From an uncultured Anaerolineae bacterium (lineage in GTDB: Bacteria; Chloroflexota; Anaerolineae; Aggregatilineales; Ch27): a DNA stretch of 64,000 bases. The notes beneath the pieces were generated by a model. The model was not told the origin of the DNA, made no database searches, and saw nothing but the letters and a program-made list of their open reading frames with translations. A program made the position numbers and the translations under genes. This document shows, piece after piece, positions 9,106 through 18,254 of the stretch (positions are counted from its first letter, which is position 1; every line of letters starts with the position of its first letter). Location of the stretch: NCBI GenBank assembly GCA_964529715.1, contig CAZGXI010000009.1:20349-84348 (forward strand), read 5' to 3'.

Positions 9106-10755
9106 CTAGCGCGACAGATGCGTTTCCAGGATCAGCGGCAGTGACAGGGCCGATGCGACGATCAACAGCAAAGCCGGCGCGCCGATCTGGGTGAACGCTG
9201 CCTCGTTCTGAGCCGTCCAGATTTTCGTCGCCAGCGTCTCGAAGCCGGTCGGCGCGAGCAAGATCGTGATCGGTAGCTCTTTCATCACACTCAAAAAGAC
9301 CAGCGCCATTCCTCCCAGCGCGCCTGTGCACGCCAGCGGTGCTGTAATCCGCATCGTGACCTGCCAGGGACGCAGGCCCAGGCTGCGTGCGGCTTCCTCA
9401 TAGCGCGGGGTGATTTGCCCCAGTGTGCTGCGAACGGCGCCGATACTCAACGGCAAAAAACGCACGGCATAACCGTATACCAGAACCGGAAAGGTCTGGT
9501 ACAACCCCGGCAGCAGATTGGCGGCGAAAAACACCAGCGCCAGCGCAACAACCAGGCCCGGCAGACCGCTGTTCAGGTACGTCAGGTTCACCAGCCAGCG
9601 GTGTAGCGCCGACGCCGAACGTACGGCCAGAATCGCCAGCGGAACTGCCAGCAGGCCGACGGCGACGGCGGTGGCGGCGCTGATCCCGATGCCATTGAGC
9701 AGCGGGCGGAACAGGGTGTTGGCCAGAAAAGGCATTCCGACGCGGATGCCCTGAAACATCCAGGCGGTCAGCACGCCGATTGGCGTCAGCAACCCTAGCG
9801 CGACAATGCTGCCGCAGAAGAGCAGGGCGGGGAACTTCCACCCACGCAGCGCAATGGGCCGAATCGGGCGGGGGGCACCTGCGCCTCCGGCGCGGTAGTT
9901 GCGCCGCAGATTTGCGCGTTGTTCCAGGATCAGCAGGCTCAGCGTCAGCCCGGCCAGGGCCAACGACAGCACGGCGGCGCGGTGGCGATCAAAGGAGCTG
10001 GTGTATTGTAAAAAGATGGCGCGGGTAAAGGCATTATAGCGCATCAGCGATACCGCCCCGAAGTCGCCGAGGGTGTATAGCGCCGCGAACAACATTCCCC
10101 CTGCCAGCGCCGGGCGAAGCTGCGGCAGTGTTACCCGACGAAACACCACGCCGCGCCCTATTCCCAGACTGCGTGCCGTTTCCTCCAATGCCGGGTCCAT
10201 GTTCAGCAACGCCGACCGCACACTTAACAGCACGTAGGGGTAAGTGGACAGGGTCAGCACTCCCCAGGCACCGAAGAAGCCGTAGATCGGCGGCAAAGCA
10301 GCCACTCCCAGCGGTGCAAGCGCCTGTTGAAGTAATCCACGTGGCCCAAACGCAGCAATGTAGGTCAGCGCCCCAATGTACGACGGGATAACCAGCGGCA
10401 GCGTTCCGCCGATCAACCACAGGCGTCTGAAAGGCAGGTTGGTGCGTGTGATCAGCCAGGCGAAGGGAACACCGATTAAGGCGGCGGTGACTGTCACCGC
10501 AATGGTCAGCGCCGCGCTGTTTCCCATGACGGCCAGGGTGCGTCCATCCAGCAGGTCGGTGAGTCCATCTGCGTCTGTGCCCAGCGCCCGCAGAGCAAGA
10601 TAGCCGGATGGCAGCAGCGCCAGCGCCGCAATCCCGACGGCAAACCAGGCCAGCAGGTTGAACGGGCGGCGAGACGCAAGGGCGGCGTGTGGGCCTTTCA
10701 CCCACCCCAGGGCACGGTAGACCGCCGGGATGCGCAAAAATCGGTCAGTGTGCAT
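9106..10755 (-). CDS. iron(III)-type ABC transporter permease (duplicated two-module FbpB-like)
   Basis: 549 aa with about 12 TM segments and two MetI-like modules, as in FbpB/ThiP-type fused permeases. Confidence 0.8.
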   Translation of the reverse strand: MHTDRFLRIPAVYRALGWVKGPHAALASRRPFNLLAWFAVGIAALALLPSGYLALRALGTDADGLTDLLDGRTLAVMGNSAALTIAVTVTAALIGVPFAWLITRTNLPFRRLWLIGGTLPLVIPSYIGALTYIAAFGPRGLLQQALAPLGVAALPPIYGFFGAWGVLTLSTYPYVLLSVRSALLNMDPALEETARSLGIGRGVVFRRVTLPQLRPALAGGMLFAALYTLGDFGAVSLMRYNAFTRAIFLQYTSSFDRHRAAVLSLALAGLTLSLLILEQRANLRRNYRAGGAGAPRPIRPIALRGWKFPALLFCGSIVALGLLTPIGVLTAWMFQGIRVGMPFLANTLFRPLLNGIGISAATAVAVGLLAVPLAILAVRSASALHRWLVNLTYLNSGLPGLVVALALVFFAANLLPGLYQTFPVLVYGYAVRFLPLSIGAVRSTLGQITPRYEEAARSLGLRPWQVTMRITAPLACTGALGGMALVFLSVMKELPITILLAPTGFETLATKIWTAQNEAAFTQIGAPALLLIVASALSLPLILETHLSR

Positions 10756-10772
10756 CGGATGAGGGCGTGTGT

Positions 10773-11816
10773 TTAGGGCAGAGCGCCGGTGTCGTGTAGT
10801 AGATCGAGGGTGGTTTGTAGGTCGCTCAGGTCACTCAGATCGATGGCCGGGCCTGTGATCTCGTCCAGTGGCCTGATGCCCCTCGCCGTCGGGACGTTCG
10901 CTGCCAGGGGATATTCATAAGTGGTTTCGGTGAAGTATTGCTGCGCCTGTTGTCCCAACAGATACAGGATCAGCCGCTGCGCCAACCCTGGCTGGTCACT
11001 GCTGTTCAACACGCCCGCCCCCGCCACGTTGACGAGTGCACCGGGGTCTCCTGGCGCAAAGTAATGCAGTGCAATCGGCAGGTCCGGGTCTTGCGCCAGG
11101 AACTCGTACAGGTAATAGTGATTCACCAGGCCGGCGGCGACTTCGCCGCTGGCAACAGCTTGCACAATGGTGTCGTTGTTATCGTAAGCGACTGCTCCAT
11201 TAGCGACCATGTCCAAGAGCCATTGACGAGTGGCATCTTCTCCGATCAGCAGACGCATAGCGGTGATGTTTGCCTGAAACGAGCCGTTGGCCGGTGCCCA
11301 GGCAATTTGTCCTCGCCAGTGTGGATCGGTCAGGGCGAGGATGGAGGCAGGCAATTCCGCCTCGGCTACAAGCTCGGTGTTGTAAATGAGTACGCGCGCC
11401 CGACCCGACAATCCGACCCACAGTCCATCCCGCGAGGCGTAGGTTGCCGGGACGCGCTCCAACACGTCGGAGGGCAGGGGGATAAGCCGGCCCGCATCCG
11501 CCAGTGCACCCAGTGCGCCTGCGTCTTGGGCAATGAAGACGTCAGCCGGGCTGTTGTCGCCCTCTTCAAGGATCGTCGCGGCCATTTCTGCTGTGCCGCC
11601 GTAGCGAACCAGGACCTGCACGCCTGTTTCGGCAGTGAATTGATCGAGGATCGGGCCGATCAGCCCTGCGCTGCGACCGGAATAAACGGTCAGCGATTCG
11701 GCAGGTGTTGTCTGTGCGCCCACAGATGTCTGAAGACCGAAGAGAAACAACGCGCTGATTGCCACTGTCAGGGCCAGCCGCAGGCATGGGCAGATAAACG
11801 GGAAACGTGCAAGCAT
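10773..11816 (-). CDS. Fe(3+) ABC transporter substrate-binding protein (FbpA/AfuA-like)
   Basis: Signal peptide. LTVYSGRS...EGDNSPADVFIAQDAGALGAL is typical of ferric-binding SBPs. GGAG about 10 nt upstream of the ATG. Confidence 0.8.
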   Translation of the reverse strand: MLARFPFICPCLRLALTVAISALFLFGLQTSVGAQTTPAESLTVYSGRSAGLIGPILDQFTAETGVQVLVRYGGTAEMAATILEEGDNSPADVFIAQDAGALGALADAGRLIPLPSDVLERVPATYASRDGLWVGLSGRARVLIYNTELVAEAELPASILALTDPHWRGQIAWAPANGSFQANITAMRLLIGEDATRQWLLDMVANGAVAYDNNDTIVQAVASGEVAAGLVNHYYLYEFLAQDPDLPIALHYFAPGDPGALVNVAGAGVLNSSDQPGLAQRLILYLLGQQAQQYFTETTYEYPLAANVPTARGIRPLDEITGPAIDLSDLSDLQTTLDLLHDTGALP

Positions 11817-11881
11817 TCGGACACATCTCCTGATGAGGTGTTGAGAGGTTAAGGGATTGCGTGATTTCCGATTGCTGTTCT

Positions 11882-11910
11882 ATTTTATTGAGAACGGTTC
11901 GCAATTACAA
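11882..11910 (-). promoter_or_regulatory. candidate sigma70-type promoter of the iron ABC operon (-35 TTGTAA, 17 nt spacer, -10 TAAAAT)
   Basis: Read on the minus strand in the AT-rich gap upstream of 10773..11816. Hexamers at 11905-11910 and 11882-11887. Confidence 0.5.
11887..11905. promoter_or_regulatory. 9-1-9 inverted repeat ATTGAGAAC-G-GTTCGCAAT (candidate operator) filling the promoter spacer
   Basis: 8 of 9 arm positions are complementary. It sits exactly between the putative -35 and -10. Confidence 0.45.
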
Positions 11911-12014
11911 GAGAAAAAAACAATAAACAAGATTTTATTTGTCATAATTTTGCCTGACATTTGTCATCCGTTGCTGTTGAGGTTTCCCGAAAAGGCACAT
12001 GATAGCGGGCGATC

Positions 12015-12464
12015 TCAGCCGCTCTGTTGCATGCCTGTTGCTTCATTGAACCAGGCAATGAGAACGCGGAAAATGTCGCTCTCGGTGATAATGCCGATGA
12101 CGTGACCGGCATCGTCTACTACCGGTAGCCCGCCGACCTTGTGGTCGTGCATCAGTTGAGCGGCCTCTTTGATCGTGCTGTCCGCCTGGACGGTCAGAGG
12201 ATTGGGTGTCATGATCTTGCTGATTTTGAGCTTGGCGAGCAGATAGTTCAGTTCCCAGATGTCCAGGGTAGTTGCGTCTGAAGGCCGCGCTTCCAGTACG
12301 TCGGTCTGAGAGACGATGCCGACTAACACACCTTCCTCGTTCACCACCGGCAGGCGGCGAATTCGCTTGGCGCGCATCAGCGCCGCCGTGTCCGGCAGGG
12401 TCGTGTCTGGCGTGACGGTGATGACGTTCTTGCTCATCCAGTCTTTGACCAGGAGATTTTTCAC
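12015..12464 (-). CDS. CBS domain pair protein
   Basis: 149 aa with two CBS repeats (RRLPVVNEEGVLVGIVSQTDV; GGLPVVDDAGHVIGIITESDI). GTG start preceded by AAGGAGG. Confidence 0.8.
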   Translation of the reverse strand: MKNLLVKDWMSKNVITVTPDTTLPDTAALMRAKRIRRLPVVNEEGVLVGIVSQTDVLEARPSDATTLDIWELNYLLAKLKISKIMTPNPLTVQADSTIKEAAQLMHDHKVGGLPVVDDAGHVIGIITESDIFRVLIAWFNEATGMQQSG

Positions 12465-12628
12465 GGGAATTCCTCCTTGTGCTTTTGTGGGCGGGAACTC
12501 GCCGATCCGGGTGCACGGCGCTCCTGGAATTCATTATCGGATCGTTTGCAGTGTGGGGCAACTGAAGTTTTGATCGGCGTGGGCTATAATCGGCGACAAG
12601 CGCCGCCTCTGCTCGTCAAGGAGTGCAC

Positions 12629-14002
12629 ATGAATCCGCAGCAGTACGCTGTTGAGCGCCAGGACGAATTCCTGGGCGAATTGATCGATTGGCTGAAAATT
12701 TCCAGCATCAGCACCACTTCAGACCACAAGACCGACGTTCAGCGGGCTGCCGACTGGCTGGCCCGGCACATGGCCGGGCTGGGTCTGGAAACGCAGATAT
12801 TCGAGACGCCCGGCAATCCGATTGTTTTCGGTCAGCGGTTACAAGTCGGTCCAGACGCGCCGACGGTGCTCGTCTACGGCCATTACGATGTGCAGCCGCC
12901 TGATCCGTTGGACGCCTGGCAGACGCCGCCATTTGAACCGTCCGTTCGCAACGGCAATCTCTACGCGCGCGGCGCTGCCGATGACAAAGGGCAGCTATTT
13001 ATTCACCTCAAAGCGGCTCAGTCGATTCTGCAAGCGATGGGAACGCTGCCCGTCAATTTGAAGTTTGTTGTTGAGGGGGAAGAAGAGGTTGGCTCGCCCA
13101 ATCTCAAAGCCTTTGTGGAGAGCCATCGTGACTTGCTGGCTGCCGATGTGGCGGTCATCTCAGACACGCACGGCAACGGCCTGGATCAGCCGACGATCAT
13201 CTATGCGCTGCGCGGCCTGGTCTATATGGAACTGGAAGTGCGCGGCCCGGCGACGGACCTGCACTCCGGTATCTTCGGCGGTGCGGTGCACAATCCTGCT
13301 CAGGCACTTTGCGAGATCATCGCCCGCCTGCACGATCCCGACGGCAAGGTAGCCGTCCCCGGCTTTTACGAACGTGTGCGTGCCCTGGACGACGAGGAAC
13401 GGGCCGAGATCGCCCGGCTGCCCTATTCAGATGAAGATGTGCGGCGGGAAACCGGTGTACCGGCCTCTTGGGGCGAGGCTGGGTATACGCTACGGGAGCG
13501 GGTCGGGGCGCGTCCCACGTTGGAGATCAACGGTATCGTCGGCGGCTGGACCGGGCAGGGCGGTAAGACGGTGATCCCGGCGAAGGCGCTGGCAAAAGTA
13601 AGCTGCCGCCTTGTGGCCGACCAGGACCCTCTGGAAATCTTCGCCTTGATTCGAGACTTCGTGGCGCAGATCACGCCGCCAACCGTGACCAGCGAAGTTC
13701 GGCTGCTGCCGGGCCGACATGGACATCCTGCGATGGTGGATCGCCATGCGCCGGCAGTCAAAGCGGCTATTGCTGCCTATGAGGAAGGGTGGGGCGTGCG
13801 GCCCATCTTTGCCCGCGAAGGCGGTTCGATCCCGGTGGTGGTGGACTTTCAGCGCGTGCTCGGCACGCCGGTGATCCTGATGGGCTTCGGCCTGCCAGAC
13901 GATAATCTGCACGCGCCGAACGAGAAGTTCTCGCTGGAAGCCTTTCGGCGCGGCATTGCCACCGCGATCAGCTTTTACCAGCGGGTGGCGAAGTCGAAGT
14001 GA
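12629..14002 (+). CDS. M20 family metallo-dipeptidase/deacylase
   Basis: Motifs GHYDVQPP, RGAADDKGQ, VEGEEEVGS. ATG at 12629 preceded by GGAG; the ORF-track GTG at 12623 is less likely. The 3' end overlaps the convergent gene by 35 nt. Confidence 0.85.
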   Translation: MNPQQYAVERQDEFLGELIDWLKISSISTTSDHKTDVQRAADWLARHMAGLGLETQIFETPGNPIVFGQRLQVGPDAPTVLVYGHYDVQPPDPLDAWQTPPFEPSVRNGNLYARGAADDKGQLFIHLKAAQSILQAMGTLPVNLKFVVEGEEEVGSPNLKAFVESHRDLLAADVAVISDTHGNGLDQPTIIYALRGLVYMELEVRGPATDLHSGIFGGAVHNPAQALCEIIARLHDPDGKVAVPGFYERVRALDDEERAEIARLPYSDEDVRRETGVPASWGEAGYTLRERVGARPTLEINGIVGGWTGQGGKTVIPAKALAKVSCRLVADQDPLEIFALIRDFVAQITPPTVTSEVRLLPGRHGHPAMVDRHAPAVKAAIAAYEEGWGVRPIFAREGGSIPVVVDFQRVLGTPVILMGFGLPDDNLHAPNEKFSLEAFRRGIATAISFYQRVAKSK

Positions 14003-16775
14003 ACGTGGCGGCGGCGGACCCGGTCTGCCGCCGTTTTATGCACGCGACCAGGTAGGATATTGGAATCCCGGCAAGCAGCCCGATCCAGCCTGCCGCGCCG
14101 ACCAGCAGCGTCCCCGACCAGCCCGATGGTGTGTACTGCATGATGATGGTGTGCTCCCCGGTGGGTACAGAGATGGCCCGGAACACCACGTCAGCCTTGA
14201 GGATGGGAGCAGCCTCGCCATCGATTGTAGCCGTCCAGCCGGGATAATAAGCATCTGCCAGGACGAGGTAAGCATCCGCTGTGCTCGTGACTTCGATCAC
14301 GACCCGCTCCGGCTCATAGGCGATGATTGTCGCTTCGCCTGCGTCGGCTGTCTCTCCTGGCGGCTGGCCCTCGGCCAGGATAACCGTCTCAAACGGATCG
14401 AACTCCGGCTGGCGCATCCGTTCCAGCGCGGCGGTGGTGTCAGGGATTACCTCGGCGTTGTAGACCAGAAAGGCGCGCGGTGGCGCATCCAGGTTTTCGT
14501 AAATTTTCACGTCGCCGGAATGGGCCAGTTGCCAGCGTCCGCCCGGCGTGATCGTCAGCGTGTGGAATGCACCCGTTCGCTCGTCGATCAGGGCCGCGCC
14601 GCGCACGGTCAGCCCGTCGCTCTGGCTGGTGAAGCGGATAGTCTCCGGTGTGAGGGGCGTCGCCCAAGAAATCACGGCCAGCGCATACGGGCGGTTTTCC
14701 AGAGGTACTGCGGCGGCAACGTTGCCCGTGATCTGTTCCCTGCCGCTGAAAATTTCTATCTGGGCCAGCGTCCCTGTTGCGCCGTCAGGCGCTGCATAAA
14801 CCACGCCCAGCGCCGTCGCTTCAAAGTCCGGCAGGACGCCCGCTGTGACCGACTCGCCTCGATTCAGTGGCGTGGCCCATCCCAGATCGTAGAACACCCC
14901 GTTGTACCAGTCATCGCCCACCTTGTCTGTGATCAGGTAGCGCACACCCATCAGGTCCAGCCAGCGTTGCTCAGGGATAGTGGCCAGACTTTCGCGCAGG
15001 CGTCCATCCGGCGGCGGATCGTTCATCAGCAGCCGGGTGAAATCGGTATACGCTCCCAACGGCAGGATGCCGCCGTCGTGTCCGTCCGCGCCCGGCAGTC
15101 CCCAGATCATCCCCAGATTGGGCGCGATCACGTCCTTGAGCTTGGTCGCCACGATCAGATCGTACACGGCGTCAGGCGGAAGCTGCGGCCCGTAGATCGC
15201 TTCCAGTTCCGGCAGGTCGCCGGGGTCGAAGAAGATGTCGGACATGCTGAGGAAACGTCCCGGCGGCGTCGTTTCACCCTGCTGCGCCAGCAGTTGGCTG
15301 ATCGCCGGACGTTGCGCGGCGAGGGCTTCCGGCGCGGTCAGGTGGGTGTAGGGCATCTGCTGCCCGGCGACAAACAGCTCGATTAGCGCCAGCACGATTA
15401 GCCCGATTGAGGCCCACCGTCCTGGCGCAGTAATCAGCAGAACTAGCGCCAGACCTCCTGCCGCGATCCACCCGATCAGGGCAGTTGCTTCTGGCGCGAC
15501 CGTCCCTTGAACTTGCTGATCGGTGGCAAGGGGGGAGAGGAACGACGCTACGATCAAGGCCAGCATGACCCCGCCCATGCCGATCAGCAGGCGGCGCGGA
15601 AGGGGTAAACGCCCGTCTCGAAGCCGCTGCACGGCATAAGCGGCCAGGGCGCTCCCCCCAAGCGCCCACAGCGCCAGCCAACGCGCTGGGACGCGGAACA
15701 GGTTAAAGCCCGGCAGTCGGCCCAGCAGCCAGTAGACGGGGTTCCAGCCGCCCAGCGCCAGGAATACACCCAGCCCGGCCAGCACGATCCAGGCCTGCCA
15801 ATGCGGTTCTTTGCGCGCTGCCCATGCGCCGATCAGGGCCAGGATCAGCCCGGCAATCCCGATGGTGGCGGCGTATTCGTTGTGCAGGGCCGTATCGTGG
15901 CCCGGCAGAAAGGCCCGTCCGATCAGGGCCGGGTGCAGCGAAAACGAAAAGACCTCATTCAGGCTCATCCCGCCGGCGCGGTTCGACAGGCGGCTGAGTT
16001 CCATCGTCGGGGCTAACTGGGGCAGCGCCAGCAGCAGCGCCACAATTCCGGCAATCGCCAGGATCGCCAGTGGGCGCAATCGCCCGGCTATGTGTGGCGT
16101 CGGAGAAGCACGCTGCGTCCTTTGCGGCACAGGCTCTTTTTCTCGCCATGCCCACCACAGCGCCATAACGCCCATGCCCACGACGCCGATGAACACGCTT
16201 TGCGTGTGTCCGCACAGGAATTGCAGCGCCAGCGCGCCTGTCAGCAGCAGTCCCCAGCGCCAGAACTGTGCCCGCGCCAGGTCCAGCAGCAGAAACAGCC
16301 AGGGCAGCCATGACAGCCCTTGAAGCTGATTGATCTGCTCGATGTGGGCGGTGAAGTGCCCTCCGACGGCGAACAGCGCCGCGCCGGTCAGCGCCGCCAG
16401 CGTCCCCAGGCGCAGCGGCCCCCGCAGCAGGGCGAACATCCCCAGGCCGCCCCAGATCAGGTGGATGAGGATGCTCAGTTTAATGGCAGTGGGAGCGTCC
16501 GGCGTTATCGTCCAGGCGAGCCAGTTGAGAGGGTAGAAAAGCCCGACTTGACTGTTCGCCAGGAATGGCGCGCCCATGAACAGCAGGTCGTTCCACAGTG
16601 GGAAGCGCCCCGTGCGGAAGGCCTCCGCTGCCGAATGCCAGTAGGGATAGAAATAAACAAAGGTATCGCCACGCGCCAAGATCAGATTGGTGAAGGCGAG
16701 TCTGGCGAAGAAGATCAGCACCAGCGCAGGGAGCGCCAGTGGCGCAAGCAAGGTGAGCGTTCTTCGGAAGGTCAT
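13968..16775 (-). CDS. YfhO-like GT-C membrane glycosyltransferase family protein
   Basis: 935 aa. Polytopic N-terminal two-thirds with RGDTFVYFYPYW...FPLWNDLLFMGAPFLANSQVGLFYPLNWL. Large extracytoplasmic C-terminal part and a terminal TM. ATG at 16775 forms an ATGA overlap with the upstream stop. Confidence 0.65.
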   Translation of the reverse strand: MTFRRTLTLLAPLALPALVLIFFARLAFTNLILARGDTFVYFYPYWHSAAEAFRTGRFPLWNDLLFMGAPFLANSQVGLFYPLNWLAWTITPDAPTAIKLSILIHLIWGGLGMFALLRGPLRLGTLAALTGAALFAVGGHFTAHIEQINQLQGLSWLPWLFLLLDLARAQFWRWGLLLTGALALQFLCGHTQSVFIGVVGMGVMALWWAWREKEPVPQRTQRASPTPHIAGRLRPLAILAIAGIVALLLALPQLAPTMELSRLSNRAGGMSLNEVFSFSLHPALIGRAFLPGHDTALHNEYAATIGIAGLILALIGAWAARKEPHWQAWIVLAGLGVFLALGGWNPVYWLLGRLPGFNLFRVPARWLALWALGGSALAAYAVQRLRDGRLPLPRRLLIGMGGVMLALIVASFLSPLATDQQVQGTVAPEATALIGWIAAGGLALVLLITAPGRWASIGLIVLALIELFVAGQQMPYTHLTAPEALAAQRPAISQLLAQQGETTPPGRFLSMSDIFFDPGDLPELEAIYGPQLPPDAVYDLIVATKLKDVIAPNLGMIWGLPGADGHDGGILPLGAYTDFTRLLMNDPPPDGRLRESLATIPEQRWLDLMGVRYLITDKVGDDWYNGVFYDLGWATPLNRGESVTAGVLPDFEATALGVVYAAPDGATGTLAQIEIFSGREQITGNVAAAVPLENRPYALAVISWATPLTPETIRFTSQSDGLTVRGAALIDERTGAFHTLTITPGGRWQLAHSGDVKIYENLDAPPRAFLVYNAEVIPDTTAALERMRQPEFDPFETVILAEGQPPGETADAGEATIIAYEPERVVIEVTSTADAYLVLADAYYPGWTATIDGEAAPILKADVVFRAISVPTGEHTIIMQYTPSGWSGTLLVGAAGWIGLLAGIPISYLVACIKRRQTGSAAATFTSTSPPAGKS

Positions 16776-18238
16776 GGCGGAGTCAACCTGTAGACGGTGA
16801 AATGCCCGAACTGCGCGTCTGGCTGCGGCGCAAATCCGGCCCTGTCGAGCGCCACAAGCCAGGGGCCTGCCCAGACCCAGTCCGGCGCGACGAAGTAGCG
16901 TGGCAGCGAGTCCGATTGGCGGCGCGCGTCGGCGGCCAGGGCTTCTGGCGTGGGATAGTAGGTCAGGCGCAGCCACATGTCGCGCGGGTGATGTTGCCCC
17001 GTATACCAGCCGAGAGGCCAGCCCAGCCAGTGGTCATAGACAATCGTTCCCGGCGGCAAAGTGTTCAGATAGGCGGCCACATCCGCAATGCCGGTGTAGG
17101 GTTCGTATTCATCTTGCAATGGTGTATTGCCCGCACGTGCGCTGAGCGCCGCCGGTCCGATCACGACGACCAGCGTGACCGCCAGGATCGGTAACGTCTT
17201 TGTGCGATATTTTGCCGGGAAGAAGCGCGATAGCCCTTTCATTCCCCGCGCGATCAATAGCCCTATCAGCGGCACGAGTGTATGCAGGTAGCGGTCGTAC
17301 ATGTTGAACGCCACCAGCCAGTAGATCAACAGGTAGCCCAGGATGTAGGTTGCTAGCAGTACATCGACGGTCGTGCTGCGGCGGCGTGGCGTGCGCACAA
17401 GGCGGGCTGCCAGCGCCGCCGATCCTATCCCGCCCAGACCAATCAGTCCAATTGGGCTGCCGGTGTTCTCGGCGGTAAATCGCAGCCATGCTGCCAGCCT
17501 CGGTGCGACTTCGTCCGAGCGGATCAGGCGGTCCGGCGCATTGTTTGCTGTGCCAAGCGCCCACCAGTCAGGGGCGTCCGACCCACGTGCCGCGCCCCAT
17601 ACAAAGGCCAAGCCGACGACGATCAGCAGCGGCGGAGTGAAGCGCAGCAGGATGCGCGGCAGCGACTTCACATACCATATTTCTACTGACCCGATCACGA
17701 TAATCAGCGGCCAGAACTGCACCGCCGATTGCTTGCATATGAACGCCAGCCCGGCGCACAACCCGGCCCATCCCCAACGGCGTTTTGTCGCGGTGAGACA
17801 GGCCAGTAGAACCCACCACGTCGCCAGGGGATCGGTGAATGCCGTCCCTGCCAGGGCCACATCGGAGGCAGATAGGGCTAAAAAGAGTGTCGCCAGCGCC
17901 GCGACGGCCCGATCCTGGTACAGGTGTGAAGCCAATGCCCACAGAACGGCCAGACTTAGAATGCTGGCAAGGAAGTTCGGTATACGTGCTGCCCATGTAG
18001 AAGGCTCGGTGAACAGCTTGAAGCTGAACGCCATCAGGTAAAAGGCCAGCGGAGGCTTGTCTACAGGGCTGCCGACCAGCAGGGGGTTGTTCTCGTGGCT
18101 GATCTGGCGGGCGAATGTGGCATAGAGCGCCTCATCCACGTGAAAGGGCCTCTCCTGCCACAGGAGAGGCCCCCGTACCCATATGCCCAGCAAGATCAAC
18201 AGCAGGGGCAGCCACAAACGACCGGGCGCAGCCTTCAT
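16772..18238 (-). CDS. GT-C glycosyltransferase, PMT/ArnT-like (GT39/GT83-type)
   Basis: About 488 aa and polytopic. First-loop acidic motif HVDEALYATFA. Internal ATG at 18238 (MKAAPGRLWLPLLL...) lies 16 nt after the upstream stop. Confidence 0.7.
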   Translation of the reverse strand: MKAAPGRLWLPLLLILLGIWVRGPLLWQERPFHVDEALYATFARQISHENNPLLVGSPVDKPPLAFYLMAFSFKLFTEPSTWAARIPNFLASILSLAVLWALASHLYQDRAVAALATLFLALSASDVALAGTAFTDPLATWWVLLACLTATKRRWGWAGLCAGLAFICKQSAVQFWPLIIVIGSVEIWYVKSLPRILLRFTPPLLIVVGLAFVWGAARGSDAPDWWALGTANNAPDRLIRSDEVAPRLAAWLRFTAENTGSPIGLIGLGGIGSAALAARLVRTPRRRSTTVDVLLATYILGYLLIYWLVAFNMYDRYLHTLVPLIGLLIARGMKGLSRFFPAKYRTKTLPILAVTLVVVIGPAALSARAGNTPLQDEYEPYTGIADVAAYLNTLPPGTIVYDHWLGWPLGWYTGQHHPRDMWLRLTYYPTPEALAADARRQSDSLPRYFVAPDWVWAGPWLVALDRAGFAPQPDAQFGHFTVYRLTPP

Positions 18239-18254
18239 GACGGACGCCGCACGA

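Noticed and set aside
13956-15386. Long antisense ORFs: 13956..15386 (+), 19743..21389 (+), 29160..30323 (-), 38946..40289 (-), 49592..50749 (-), 45616..46296 (-)
   Set aside because: Each lies opposite a gene with recognisable motifs or signal-peptide/TM logic (YfhO-like, hppA, lysS, MA-peptidase-like pair, LysM protein, recF). High GC suppresses stop codons on the opposite strand.
16776-16976. N-terminal extensions implied by the ORF track: 16776-16976, 18239-18382, 20030-20263, 53670-53804, 48832-48936, 63608-63682, 57028-57177
   Set aside because: The extensions run into the upstream gene, encode Arg/Pro-rich junk and lack an RBS. Internal ATGs give a start-stop overlap or a short gap, an SD sequence and a sensible N-terminus.
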